In this document: positions 27,344 through 39,500 of the stretch, in pieces | How the letters are laid out: the number at the start of each line of letters is the position of its first letter | Position numbering within the stretch: the first letter of the stretch is position 1 | From: an uncultured Cytophagales bacterium | GTDB taxonomy: Bacteria; Bacteroidota; Bacteroidia; Cytophagales; Bernardetiaceae | NCBI GenBank assembly: GCA_964537755.1 | Contig: CAZIAQ010000002.1 | Span: forward strand, 43,567-107,566 | DNA: 64,000 bases | Direction of reading: 5' to 3' | Program-made: the position numbers and the translations under genes | Notes under the pieces: model-generated | Told to the model about the DNA's origin: nothing | The model's input: only the letters and a program-made list of their open reading frames with translations | Databases searched by the model: none

Positions 27344-28726
27344 TTACTTGCCGATACAGAATTTCGAGAAGATAGACCCCAGCACTTCGTCATTGGTAAC
27401 CTGGCCCGTGATAACGCCGAGATGATAGAGGGCATCCCGCAGATCCAGGGCAAGGAAGTCGCTCGTATCTCCCCGATCTAGCCCACGATCAACGGCTTGC
27501 AGGGCCGCCAGAGCAGACTGCAAAGCCTCGTAGTGGCGGAGGTTCGTGATGGGTTCCTGGCTGCCAGCATCGCCCCTGGCTACCGTGCGCAGAAGAAGGG
27601 CTTGTAGCTCCTCCAAATGCCGACGCTGCAAAGCCGAAATCCCTATATCCACGAAGGCACGAAGGGCTTCGGGTACTTGATGGGCCGTGCGGTCGATCTG
27701 GTTGGCGATCATCAAAAAAGGAACATCCAGTGCCTGGAGTTCTTGAACGACCTGTTTGGCATCGATAGCAGTAAATGTTTGGGCATCAAAAAGATAGAGA
27801 ATAAGTGCGGCTTTCTTCATCTGGGCTTGAGTGCGAGCTACACCGATTTGTTCGATACGGTCTTTGGTCTCTCGGAGACCTGCCGTATCCATGAAGCGAA
27901 AACGGATACCCCCGATGGTGAGCTGGTCTTCGATGACATCGCGGGTGGTGCCGGGGATGTCGGAGACGATGGCTTTTTCTTCATTGAGCAGGGCATTGAG
28001 GAGGGTTGATTTTCCGGCGTTGGGCTTGCCCACGATCACGGTCGGGACACCTGTCTTGATGGCATTTCCCCAGGCGAAAGAATCCAGGAGCTTGGCCACA
28101 AACCGCTGGGCATCCCCGATACGTCGGCGTAGCTCATCGCGGTTAGCAAACTGCACATCCTCCTCTCCGAAGTCCAACTCGAGTTCGATCAGGGCGCAAA
28201 AGTCGAGCAAATCCTGCCGTAGGGTCTGGAGCTGCTCCGAGAAGCCGCCACGCATCTGACGGAGGGCGATGGCGTGTTCGGCCGCCGACTCGGAGGCAAT
28301 CAAATCAGCGACGGCTTCGGCTTGCGCTAAATCAAAGCGACCGTTCAGGAAGGCCCGCTGCGTGAACTCACCAGCTTTGGCATAAGTAATCCCCTGACGA
28401 ACAAGCAGTTGTATCGTTTCCTGGACAATATAAGGGGAGCCATGCGTCGAGACCTCAAGGCTGTCTTCTTTGGTGAACGAACGCGGGGCCCGAAAGACCG
28501 TTACCAGTACTTCATCAATGATCCGTTCTCCATCGTGAATCGTTCCCAGATGCGCCGTATGGCTGGGTACCTGGGTGAGGTCTTTGCCCCGAAAGACCTG
28601 GTTGAAGAGCGCGATACAATTTTTGCCGCTCAGGCGCAAAACCGCGATAGCCGATGTACCTGGAGGTGTTGCCAGGGCAACAATGGGATGTTCCACCTTG
28701 TTTTTGGGTCGATGCGTGATCTCCAA
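27344..28726 (-). CDS. mnmE: tRNA modification GTPase MnmE
   Basis: G domain GKPNAGKSTLLNAL. C-terminal CIGK motif. 460 aa. Confidence 0.9.
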   Translation of the reverse strand: MEITHRPKNKVEHPIVALATPPGTSAIAVLRLSGKNCIALFNQVFRGKDLTQVPSHTAHLGTIHDGERIIDEVLVTVFRAPRSFTKEDSLEVSTHGSPYIVQETIQLLVRQGITYAKAGEFTQRAFLNGRFDLAQAEAVADLIASESAAEHAIALRQMRGGFSEQLQTLRQDLLDFCALIELELDFGEEDVQFANRDELRRRIGDAQRFVAKLLDSFAWGNAIKTGVPTVIVGKPNAGKSTLLNALLNEEKAIVSDIPGTTRDVIEDQLTIGGIRFRFMDTAGLRETKDRIEQIGVARTQAQMKKAALILYLFDAQTFTAIDAKQVVQELQALDVPFLMIANQIDRTAHQVPEALRAFVDIGISALQRRHLEELQALLLRTVARGDAGSQEPITNLRHYEALQSALAALQAVDRGLDRGDTSDFLALDLRDALYHLGVITGQVTNDEVLGSIFSKFCIGK

Positions 28727-28826
28727 AACAACTCCAGGGAGGGATGGTTCGTTTGGATGATTTATTTTTTATCCTTGCCCTGCTGCTGTATCTTTGGTTT
28801 TCTTTCGATCAAAAAAAGTAAAAACG

Positions 28827-30368
28827 ATGCCGATACCACTTTTGCGAACCCTATCTGCGTGCTTGATTTGGCTGGGGATGAGCAGCTGGGGTTATGCCCA
28901 ATCTCAGGGAGAGCAACTGCCATTCAAAGACCTGCGGGTGCGTTTGTCTTACGAACAGATGCCACTCCGCGACTTTGCGGATATGGGCTTAGTCGGTATT
29001 GGCGTGGATGCCTTTGGGCTGGTGCCGGCCCTGCCGCGTTTGTACCTCGGGCTGGGGTCTTACTCGGCGACGGTAGGGCAGTTTGGTGGGTTGTTTACTT
29101 TTGGGGGGCAGGTGGGCTACGCGCCGTTTTTGCATCCGAAGTGGCTGCTGGATGTCGGCTTTTTTTTGGGGGGTGGCGGTGGCGCGGCTGCCCCTGATGG
29201 CGACGGCATCGCGGTACGCCCCCATGTAGCCCTCGAGTATCGGGTGGGACAGGCTGGCATACGCGGCGAAATTGTTCATCACAACTTCCTGACAGGCAGT
29301 CTTTCGGGGACATACGCTGCCCTCGGGCTTAGCCTCAATACCCGATTTTTGTATGCTCCTACCAAATCGACGACCTGGCACACCCCAGCACCAGCTCAAC
29401 ACCGCCTAGCGGTGAGCTTCCTCAACTACCACCTGCGGGAGGGATCCGTCGTTCGCCCCGACTACGACTACGATCAGCTCGTGGGGCTGCTCGGGATTCA
29501 GTATGATTATTTTTTGGCCAAGCACCTCTACGCTACCCTTGAGCTATACGGTGCCGGCCTCGGCGGCATCGACGGCTACATGAGCTATCTCCTGGGAGCC
29601 GGACTGACAACCAACAGCCAAAACCGGCTTTCGGCCGAGCTGCGCGGGCTGGCCGGCAACAGCGGCGGCGGGGCCGTCCTGACAGGCGGCGGACTAACCC
29701 TACAAGCCGAGTTAGCCCTCAACTTAAACCTCTGGCAGGGCTACTTTTTGAGAGCCTCAGCCGGAGAAACATTTGCCCCTGACGGAAAACTCTCGGCCAG
29801 GCACTTTGAAGTAGGCTTCGGGATGCGCTCCTTCAACTACCTAGCCGTAAAGGCAAAACCTACCTTACTTATCCCTTCGGATAGCCTCAAAAGCGGACAA
29901 ACCGAAATCTACTTTGGGCATCAGCAGTACCTGGCCCCGCAGGGCATCACCGACAAAAACCAACTCCCCTACCGCGACATGGGGCTACTCGTCATGGGCG
30001 CACGTCGCTACCTTCGCTCCTGGTTGAGCCTGGCAGGACAGACCCGCTGGGCTTACCTCGGCGGCGACTACGGTGCTTATGCCGAAGGGCTACTCGGGCT
30101 GGGGCTACACAAACAGGTATTGCGCCAGCGCACCCTCGAAATCTCCCTCCCGCTCTACCTCGGGGCCGGCGGCGGTGGGGGTATTGATCGCGGATCGGGC
30201 ATACACCTCGAGTACGGACTGAGCCTGGCCTACGCCTACAACGACTGGAAACTGATCGGCGGTCTCTCCCAGATTAGCTCCCCCAACGGCAACTACCAAC
30301 CCTTGACCTGGCAGGTCGGATGCGCCTACTTGATGCCGACCCTGACCCGCATTTCTCAAAAACGCTAG
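28827..30368 (+). CDS. Glycine-rich outer-membrane beta-barrel protein, function unknown
   Basis: Signal peptide (MPIPLLRTLSACLIWLGMSSWGYAQ). Alternating-hydrophobic beta-strand character. C-terminal aromatic. Confidence 0.4.
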   Translation: MPIPLLRTLSACLIWLGMSSWGYAQSQGEQLPFKDLRVRLSYEQMPLRDFADMGLVGIGVDAFGLVPALPRLYLGLGSYSATVGQFGGLFTFGGQVGYAPFLHPKWLLDVGFFLGGGGGAAAPDGDGIAVRPHVALEYRVGQAGIRGEIVHHNFLTGSLSGTYAALGLSLNTRFLYAPTKSTTWHTPAPAQHRLAVSFLNYHLREGSVVRPDYDYDQLVGLLGIQYDYFLAKHLYATLELYGAGLGGIDGYMSYLLGAGLTTNSQNRLSAELRGLAGNSGGGAVLTGGGLTLQAELALNLNLWQGYFLRASAGETFAPDGKLSARHFEVGFGMRSFNYLAVKAKPTLLIPSDSLKSGQTEIYFGHQQYLAPQGITDKNQLPYRDMGLLVMGARRYLRSWLSLAGQTRWAYLGGDYGAYAEGLLGLGLHKQVLRQRTLEISLPLYLGAGGGGGIDRGSGIHLEYGLSLAYAYNDWKLIGGLSQISSPNGNYQPLTWQVGCAYLMPTLTRISQKR

Positions 30369-30479
30369 ATTTTCTGACATTCAAGCGGATGGTTTCATTA
30401 TTTTCCTTAACTTTCTTGCATAAAATTTGGTCAAATTATTGATTACCTACTCCTTTTAGGATATGACCACCCAAGCTCC

Positions 30480-32672
30480 ATGCAATTACCCGATGAGCCG
30501 ATAGACGACTTGCGCCTATACAAGAAAGCCTTTTTGGAGAAGCAAGCCATTGACGCTGCCATCACACAACTCCAGTCTGCCCTCCATTGGAAGGAAACCG
30601 ATACCACGGAGGGCTGGGGAGCGGGTGTTTTGGCGGTGGTCGCCGAACTGATGGACTTTGCCCAGGGGGTCATCTACGGCTACCACGCCGAACACAGTTC
30701 GTTTGAACCCTTTGCCTATCACACCGAAGCCGTGGAGGAGTGGATGCCCTATCGCAGCTACCGCAATCGGGCCGTGATGCGCTACCAAAAGGAACACCTC
30801 CTGCCTTTTCACACCAACGATGCCGCAGTTATTATTGGGTCTTTCCCGGGCTACACCCCACCCGAAGACCCCACGCAGCAACTTTCTTTGGTCAGTACTC
30901 CCCTGACCTACAACGGACAAATCCACGGCATCCTAGAAATCCTCTGCTCGAGGGAGATTGCCAAACGCGATCTCGAGTTGCTTGGGCGCATGGGACGTGC
31001 CATTGGGTCGCACCTGTACGGGTTGCTCAAAGAGCGACAGTCGCAGTTGGATGTACAACTCATCAACGAGAGCCGCCAAGACCTGGTGCATATCATCGAA
31101 AGCTCGCCTAGTGGGATGATTATTTTTTGGGAAGAAAACGGACGCATTGAGCGGGTCAATAGTGCCATCACCCAGATTTTGGGCTACGCAAAGGTAGAGT
31201 TGCGCTACAACCAATTTGAGCAGTTGGTTTTTCCCGAAGACTACCCCACAAGCGGCGGGCTACCCACCCATCCCGTTGAGTGGCGACTGCTGCACAAATC
31301 GGGGGAGGTCTGCTGGTGCCAAGTGAACTTCTCGAGGGTGCTACAACGCTCCCAACCCATGGTCATTGTGCAGGTACAAGACATCACCGAACGCAAAAAA
31401 GCCGAAGCCGAACTCGAAGCCAGCCGACAAAAGCTAGCCGAAGCCCAACGCCTGGCCCGTATGGGCAGTTGGGAGTGGGATATGGTCAATAACACCGTTA
31501 CCTGGTCGGATGAACTCTACCGCCTCTATGGCTACGACCCCAAAGAGTACCTCCCCGCCTACCACAACTCCTTCAAGCGGGTGCATCCCGAAGACCGCGA
31601 CCGCGTTAGGAGCACCATCCGGCAGGCAATCGAGAAAGGCGATGCCTTTGACTTCTTTCAGCGCATCGTACGGCAAGACGGACAAATACGCATCCTCCAC
31701 TCACGCGGAACCGTCTTGAAGGACAAGGGAGGAAAGCCCATCAAGATTTTTGGGACGGGACAAGACGTAACCGAAACCAAGGCCATGGAGCGCAAACTAC
31801 TCGAACAAGAACGCGCCCTCCAACAAAAACTCGAACGCCAGGTGCAAGAACGCACCCGAGAGCTGCAAGCCGAAAAAGAAAAACTCCAGCAGACCAACAA
31901 CGAAATCCTATCCAGCATGACCTATGCCCGAAGGATTCAGTTGGCGCTACTGCCCCAAAAGAAACAGATCAAAAAGCATCTCTCCGAATTTTTTATTTAC
32001 TACGTCCCCAAAGACATCGTCTCGGGTGATTTTTATTGGTTTGGTGTACAAAACAACCGACAAATTCTGGCCGTCGTCGATTGCACCGGACACGGCATCC
32101 CGGGCGCACTGATGAGCATGATCGGCAATGATCTCCTGAACGAAATCGTCTATCGCCGCGACATCACCGAACCCCAACAAATCCTCGAAGAACTCAACCA
32201 GGGCATCCGGCGCGCCCTACGCCAGTCCACGACCCGCAACCGCGACGGCATGGATGTCGCCCTCTGTACCATCGACTACGCGCAGCAACAGCTCTGTTTT
32301 GCCGGCGCACACAACCCACTGGTCTATGTGCAGGGAGGTGAACTCTTCTATATCAAGGGAGAACGCCGAGCCATCGGGGGTGTACAAAGCGACCAAAGCC
32401 CACCGTTTCGGCAGCACTGTATCTCCATTCGGGAAGAGACGATGTTTTATCTCTTTTCGGATGGCTACCAGGATCAGTTTGGTGGCCCTAAGGGCGCAAA
32501 ATTTATGAGCCGACGCTTTAGGCAACTGCTCCTAGAAATCGCAGCGCGCGATATGGATAATCAGGAGCTAGCCCTGGATCAGCGCATTGGCGAGTGGATG
32601 GGCAATAGCCACAAACAAATCGACGATATTTTGGTGATCGGTGTACGGATAAGCCCTGAAAACAAAGAATAA
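30480..32672 (+). CDS. GAF-PAS-PAS-PP2C (SpoIIE-type) serine/threonine phosphatase
   Basis: N-terminal GAF-like region. Two PAS/PAC blocks (WEWDMVNNTVTWSDELYRLYGY). Coiled coil. C-terminal PP2C block ARRIQLALLP...GDFYWF...DCTGHGIPGALMSMIGN. Confidence 0.7.
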   Translation: MQLPDEPIDDLRLYKKAFLEKQAIDAAITQLQSALHWKETDTTEGWGAGVLAVVAELMDFAQGVIYGYHAEHSSFEPFAYHTEAVEEWMPYRSYRNRAVMRYQKEHLLPFHTNDAAVIIGSFPGYTPPEDPTQQLSLVSTPLTYNGQIHGILEILCSREIAKRDLELLGRMGRAIGSHLYGLLKERQSQLDVQLINESRQDLVHIIESSPSGMIIFWEENGRIERVNSAITQILGYAKVELRYNQFEQLVFPEDYPTSGGLPTHPVEWRLLHKSGEVCWCQVNFSRVLQRSQPMVIVQVQDITERKKAEAELEASRQKLAEAQRLARMGSWEWDMVNNTVTWSDELYRLYGYDPKEYLPAYHNSFKRVHPEDRDRVRSTIRQAIEKGDAFDFFQRIVRQDGQIRILHSRGTVLKDKGGKPIKIFGTGQDVTETKAMERKLLEQERALQQKLERQVQERTRELQAEKEKLQQTNNEILSSMTYARRIQLALLPQKKQIKKHLSEFFIYYVPKDIVSGDFYWFGVQNNRQILAVVDCTGHGIPGALMSMIGNDLLNEIVYRRDITEPQQILEELNQGIRRALRQSTTRNRDGMDVALCTIDYAQQQLCFAGAHNPLVYVQGGELFYIKGERRAIGGVQSDQSPPFRQHCISIREETMFYLFSDGYQDQFGGPKGAKFMSRRFRQLLLEIAARDMDNQELALDQRIGEWMGNSHKQIDDILVIGVRISPENKE

Positions 32673-32755
32673 ACAAAAAAAAATTACGTAAGCCTTCTAT
32701 GATGACCAATCATTCATACTTTTTTCCTAATTTACAAGCAAATTTTATTTAACTA

Positions 32756-33514
32756 TTGGCTCCTATCACTATTGCCATCGTAAACCAAAAAGGCGGCACC
32801 GGCAAAACAACCACAGCCGTAAACCTGGGCAGTGCCTTAGCACAGATGGGGAAGCGCGTCTTGCTCATCGACCTGGACACCCAGGGAAGCCTGACCTATT
32901 ACCTTGGACTGACCAACTACCCGCATACGCTTTCGGAGGTGCTCAAAGGAGAACGTTCTCTATCTAACGTGATCTTACGCCAGGAAAACATGGACATCGC
33001 CCCCACCGGCGTAGAACTAGCCGACACCGAACTCACCCTGACCGGAAACGCCCGCAGGGAGTACATCTTAAAGGAAATCATCGCCGAGCAAGCCTCGGAC
33101 TACGATTTTGTGCTGATTGATAGCTCCCCGGCCTTGTCCGTCCTGACGGTCAATGCCCTGGTAGCGGCTCAATACACCTTGATCCCGATGCTCCTCGAGG
33201 TTTTGAGTGTCCAGGGCCTAGGCCTGGTGATCCGAACGATGGATCGCGTGCGGGGTAGCCTTAATCCTACCTTAAAAACAATCGGGGTCTTGCCCGTCAT
33301 GGTACGCCCCGAGAAGCAAGTGAGCCATGAAGTGTATGCCTACCTACAACAGCATTTGGGCATCCGCTTGCTCAAAACCTACATCCCCGATGATGCTTGC
33401 GCCATCGAGGCTCCTTCTTTCGGGAAAAGTATCCTGGCATACAGCCCCGAAAGCCCAAGCGCGAAGGCGTATCACGTCCTGGCAATGGAGGTGATGACTT
33501 TAACCATCTTTTGA
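32756..33514 (+). CDS. ParA/MinD-family ATPase
   Basis: Deviant Walker A KGGTGKTT. 252 aa. Immediately upstream of the chemoreceptor gene. Confidence 0.75.
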   Translation: MAPITIAIVNQKGGTGKTTTAVNLGSALAQMGKRVLLIDLDTQGSLTYYLGLTNYPHTLSEVLKGERSLSNVILRQENMDIAPTGVELADTELTLTGNARREYILKEIIAEQASDYDFVLIDSSPALSVLTVNALVAAQYTLIPMLLEVLSVQGLGLVIRTMDRVRGSLNPTLKTIGVLPVMVRPEKQVSHEVYAYLQQHLGIRLLKTYIPDDACAIEAPSFGKSILAYSPESPSAKAYHVLAMEVMTLTIF

Positions 33515-33576
33515 TGGAACGGCAAAGAAATTGCAGACCTAAACAAAAACAATAAAAGAAATAACCCACAAGCACT

Positions 33577-36500
33577 ATGGCACTTGGAGACAACCTCAAC
33601 AAAGATAGTCTGATCCCGCAGGAGAGCCACGCCACCGGCAACGAATGCCAGCAGCTCAAAGCCGCCTTGCACGCCCTTGTGCCTAGCCTCGAGCTAGATA
33701 TGCAAGGACAAATCCTGACCGCCAACGCCCCTTTTGTCCGTTGGCTGGGATTTACCGCCGACGAACTCAAAGGCAAGTCCGAACGCGCCCTACACACCGA
33801 AGCCTTCCGCCAAAACGGACGACACGCCAACGTGTGGGAATCGCTCCGAGGCGGAAAACCCTTTTCGGGAAACTTTGAGTTGATCGACAAAGAAGGACGC
33901 ACCATCACGGCCCAGATCGCCTATACCCCTCTGCTGGATGCCTCGGATCGCCCCTACAAAATCCTCCAACTGATCCAGCCCCTCCAAGACCAGCCCAGCA
34001 TCTCGTCGGACAGCCAGGAAGAGATCGAAAACCAAAAGACCCTCATCCATACCGTGCCAGGGGTCTTGTATCGCTTCGTGGCCCGGCACACGAGCGAGTA
34101 TCTCTTTCGCTACCTTAGCCCGCAGATGGCAGATATTTACGGCGTTCCAGCCGAGGAAGCCCTACAGGATTTCTCCAAAGTGCTGGCGGTGATTCATCCC
34201 GACGACCTACCCGGCGTACAGGCAGCTATCACAGAGGCCGTAGCCAAGCAAGGCTTCTTCGATTATGAGTACCGCATCTTTGTCAAAGACAAAATTCGTT
34301 GGATACGCGCCCAATCACGGGTCGAATACGTAAACGCCGATGAGGTAGAGTTTGTCGGAATTTTTAGGGACGTAACGATCCGCAAAACCGCCCAACTCAA
34401 AGCCGAAACCAACGAGGCAGCCTTCCAGCGCGTCCTGGATACCGTCCCGGGGGTGATCTACCGAGCCAAGCTCAACGCCCAAGGGCTGCCCTATTTCACC
34501 TATCTAAGCCCCTATGCTGAGCAGGTGTTTGGCTATACACCCGCAGAGGTGATGACCAACCCCGAGATGTACTGGAGCTTGATTTATCAGGATGACAAAT
34601 CTGATTTTGAAGCCAAAATGCGCCAATCCATCGCCCAACGAAGTGGCGTAGCGATGGAGTTTCGGATCACGAAGAAAAACGGCGATGTGATCTGGGTCAA
34701 GCTAGACTCCAGCGTCGATCAGGCATCGGAGGAGTACGAGTCTTACGGTATCATCCGAGATGTTACGCCGCGCATCCAAGCCCAGCAGGCGCTCAAAGCC
34801 CAGCAGCAAGATAGCCAGGAGTTGATCGCTACCGTTCCCGGGATCATCTATCGCTTTGAAGTATCCGACGAAGGAACTTCACGGATTACGTTCATCAGCG
34901 AGCAGGTACGGGAGGTCTATGAAGTCGAACCCGAAGCCGCCCTCCAAGATGCCAACACCATGTTTGGCTTGGTTTATCCCGAAGACCTACCCTTGATCCA
35001 GGAGCGGATCACACATTCGATCCAAACCAAGGCACTTTACGACGTAGAGTTCAGGATAAAGACCGCCCAAACACAAACCGAAAAATGGATTCGGGTACAA
35101 TCCAGGGTTGTGCGTCAGCAGGATGGCATCACGGAGTTTGTGGGCTTCCTGCGGGATGTGAGTACACGCCGCCGGATCCAGAACCGCGTAGCAGAAAGCG
35201 AAGAACGCTTCAACCTAGCCTTGCAGGGCAGCAACGACGGCGTATGGGATTGGAACATGCGCACGAACGATATTTTCTTCTCCGATCGCTGGAAAGCCAT
35301 GTTGGGCTATGCCCCGCAAGATATTGCAGATAACTTCGCGCAGTTTCAGGCTTTGGTGCATCCAGAGGACTTCCCCCAGGTAGAAAACGCCCTCAATGGC
35401 TACCTTGCCGGACAGTTGCCCGAGTACGATGTCTCGTTCAGGATGCAACACCAGGACGGCAGCTACCGCTGGATTCGGGCGCGTGGCAAAGCCCTATTCG
35501 ATCCGACGGGCAAGCCCTACCGCATGGCTGGTTCTCACTCCGACATCACCGACATCCGCAACAAACAAATCGCCCTTGAGGAGGCAACGGCTTACCAACG
35601 CGCCGTCCTTGAAAGCGCGGGCTTTGCCGTCGTCTCTACCGATGCCGATGGGGTCATTAACATTTTCAATGAAGCCGCCGAGCGCGACCTGGGCTATACC
35701 GCCGAGGAGATGATCGGTAAGCAAACGCCTGCCTTGATCCATGACCCCGAGGAGGTCGTTGCCCGTACCCACGAACTCAACCAGGAGATGGGACTTGATC
35801 TAAGCCCTGGATTCGAGACCTTTGTTTATCGCACCCGCACGACGGGAAAACCAGACATCCGCGAGTGGCATTACGTCCGCAAAGACGGCAGCAAATACCC
35901 CATCGTGCTTTCGGTAACCGCCGTCCGCAATGCCGCTGGAGAAGTTCTGGGCTACCTCGATATCAGCGAAGACATCAGCGAGCGCAAAGCCAAAGAAAAT
36001 GCCCTCCGCGAAAGCGAGCAACGCTTCAACACCTTCTTTGACCAGTCGATTGACTTGCTCTGTATTGCTGGCTTCGATGGCTACTTCAAGTTCTTGAACC
36101 AAAACTGGATGAACCTCCTGGGCTACACCAAGGACGAACTCAAAGCCCAGCCCTTCATTGAATTTGTTCACCCAGACGACGTAGCCGCTACCCTCCAGGA
36201 GGCCGGCAAACTCGCCGATGGGGCGACGGTTATCTCCTTCGAGAACCGCTACCGCAAAAAAGACGGTAGTTATGTGTGGCTCCAATGGAACTCGGCTCCC
36301 GTCTATGAAAAAGAACTCATCTACGCCAACGTCCGCGACATCACGGAAGAAAAAGCCCGCGAAATCCGCTTCAATCGGCAGAATGACATCCTAAACCGTC
36401 TGCCCATCAATAAAGATGTTCAAGCAGGTAACCGAGACGAAGCCATTCGGGTAATCCTGAGGTCGGTTGCCGAAGGGGTACATGTCGAACGGGCAAGTTT

Positions 36501-39500
36501 TTGGCACTACAACGCCGATCAAAGTTTCATTACGTGTCAGCAACTCTACCAACGCAGCCAACAGCAGTTCTCCAACGACCCTTTGGTGCTGCATCAAAAA
36601 GATTTCCCGTCTTATTTTGCAGCCTTGAAGCGGGGTACGCTTATCGTAGCATCAGAGGCACAAACAGACCCCGACACGCGGGAGTTCACCGAAGGCTACT
36701 TTAAGCCGAATCAAATACAATCTTTGCTCGATGTGCCGGTGCGCTTCAAAGGGGAGATCATGGGTGTTTTGTGCATCGAACACGTAGGATCAACAGCCTA
36801 TCACTGGACAAGCGATGACCAAAAGTTTCTTCGTGCCATACCGGAGATCATCACCTCCGTCATGGAAGCCGAAGAACGCCAACGTCTCGAAGCCGAAATT
36901 CGAGCCAATGCTGCCTTCAACCGCAAACTCTTTGAGGTCTCCAACTACGGGCTGCTCGTCCTTGAAGGGGGGAGTTTTACCAGTGCCAATGCCGCTGCCA
37001 TCGCACTCTTTGGCGGAGAAAAGGCCACAGAGCAAGACATCATCGGCAAAACACCCATCGACTTCTCCCCGACTACCCAACCCGACGGCAGCGACAGTGA
37101 AGCCACCCCCCTGAGGCACATCCAACGCGCCATCGACGAAGGCAGTACACTCTTTGAGTGGCAGCACCTACGAACGGACGGCACGCTATGGGATGCCGAG
37201 ATCAGCCTTATCAGTTTTGACCTGAACGAACGCACCCTGATTCGGGTCTCGATGCGCGATATTACCGAAGAAAAAGCCGCCCGAGAGAAGATCAAAGCCC
37301 AGCAAAAAGAACTCGATGATTACGTCTCGGCCATCAATACCTCCACGATACGTATTGACTTCGATGCCCAACGCCGCGTCATCACGATCAATGACAACTT
37401 TGCCGAGCTGTTTGGCTACACCGAAACCGAAGTTCTGGGCAAAACCCATGACTTCTATGTGGCTAAGGATCAAATCCGAGAGGGTAAATACGATCAGTTA
37501 TGGGACGAGATTGGCAGAGGTGTTTCTTTTGTTCGAGATGCCAAGCGGCTCTCCAAAGCAGGAAAAGAAGTTTGGCTACGGGCTAGTTATATCCCGATAC
37601 TCAATCAGCAGGGGCATCTCGAGCGCGTTACCTGTCTCTGCAACGACATCACCGAACAAAAACAATTTGAACTCGAAGCCAGCCGCCTCCAAGGCGAACT
37701 CGAAGCCCGAATGAAGATCATCGACAAGGTGGCTCTGGTTACTGAAACGGACATCTACGGAACGATCACTTTTGCCAACGAAAAGTTTACGGAGGTCTCC
37801 GGCTACACCAACACCGAAGCCGTAGGCAAACCCCATAACATTGTCCGCCATCCCGATAACCCCAAAGGCATCTACAAGGAGATGTGGGATACGATCAAGG
37901 CCGGTAAGCTCTTCCAAAAGACCATCAGAAACCGCCGCAAAGACGGTACAGATTACTGGGTCGATGCCTCCATTGCCCCCATCCTGAACGAAAAAGGTGA
38001 GATTGTCAAGTATCTGGGCTTCCGTATCGACATCACCGCACAAAAACAACGAGAACTGGAGCTACAACGCCTCCAAAACGAACTCGAGGTACGTCTGAAG
38101 GTCATCAGCAAGGTGGCTCTTCTGAGTGAATCCGACTTGCAAGGGCGCATCACGTATGCCAACGATAAGTTTTGTGAAGTCGCCCAATACACCGAAGCCG
38201 AACTCATCGGTAAGCCGCATAGCATCATCCGCCATCCCGAGACACCCAAAACCATCTTCAAAGAGATGTGGGAAACCATCCAGGCAGGAAACATCTTCCA
38301 GGGAACCTACCGCAACCGCGCCAAAGATGGACGCACCTATTGGGTCGATGCTACGATTGCCCCCGTCCGAGACGAAAACGGCGACATCTACAAGTATCTC
38401 GGCTTCCGCATCGACATCACGGATCGCATCGAACAAACCGCCCGCATAGAAGCCCAAAACTTTGCCATCGGCAAATCCAACGGTACAATCGAACTCTCAC
38501 CCGAAGGGCAAATCCTGGACGCAAACAAAACCTACCTTGACTTTGTGGGCTACACCCGAGATGAACTGATCGGCAAGCACCATAGCTTCCTTTGCAAGCC
38601 CGAGGAGGTCGCCTCACCGAGCTACAAAGAAATGTGGCAAACCCTTCGAGAGGGAAAGACCCTCTTTGGCGACTACCGAAGGATCACGAAGGATAAGCGA
38701 GAGGTTTTCATCCAGGAATCGTTTAGCCCGATCTATGACCAAAGCGGCAACCTGTCCAGCATCCTGACCCTTGCCGTCGATGTAACCCAGCGCAAGCGAC
38801 GCAACGCCGAAAACCGAGGCAAACTTGAGGGGATCAATAGCACCAACATCGTCATAGAGTACGACTTTGAAGGCCGGCTCCTGACCGCCAACGAAAACTT
38901 CCTCCAAACCAGCGGCTATACCCTCGAAGAGGTCATCGGCAAGCCTCACAGTTTCTTCTGCGATCAAAACCACATCAACAGCAGCACCTACCAAGACCTC
39001 TGGAAAAAACTCCGACAAGGAGAAGCCGTTTTTGATACCTACCCCCGTATCGGCAAGGCCGGACAACGCATCTGGCTCGAGGGTAGCTACACCCCCATCA
39101 CGGATGACGACGGACGACTGCTCAAGATCGTCAAGTTTGCTCAGGATGCCACCGAACGCCGCACCCGTAACGCCGAAAACCGAGGCAAGCTCCAGGGCAT
39201 CAACCGGACTAACCTCGTCGTGGAGTTTGATCGAGAGGGGGTTGTCATCTCGGCCAATAACCGATTCCTGGAAGCGATGGGGTACCAGCGTGAGGAATTC
39301 ATCGGGAAGGCACATGCCATGTTCTGTGATGAAGTCTATCGCAACAGCCGCGAGTACCGCGAGTTCTGGGATGACCTCCGCAGTGGTAAGGCACTCTTTG
39401 GGACATACCCGCGCCTAAACAAAGCAGGCAAGCGCATCTGGCTCGAAGGCAACTACACCCCGATCACGGACGGTGAAGGCAACTTCTTGAAAGTTGTCAA

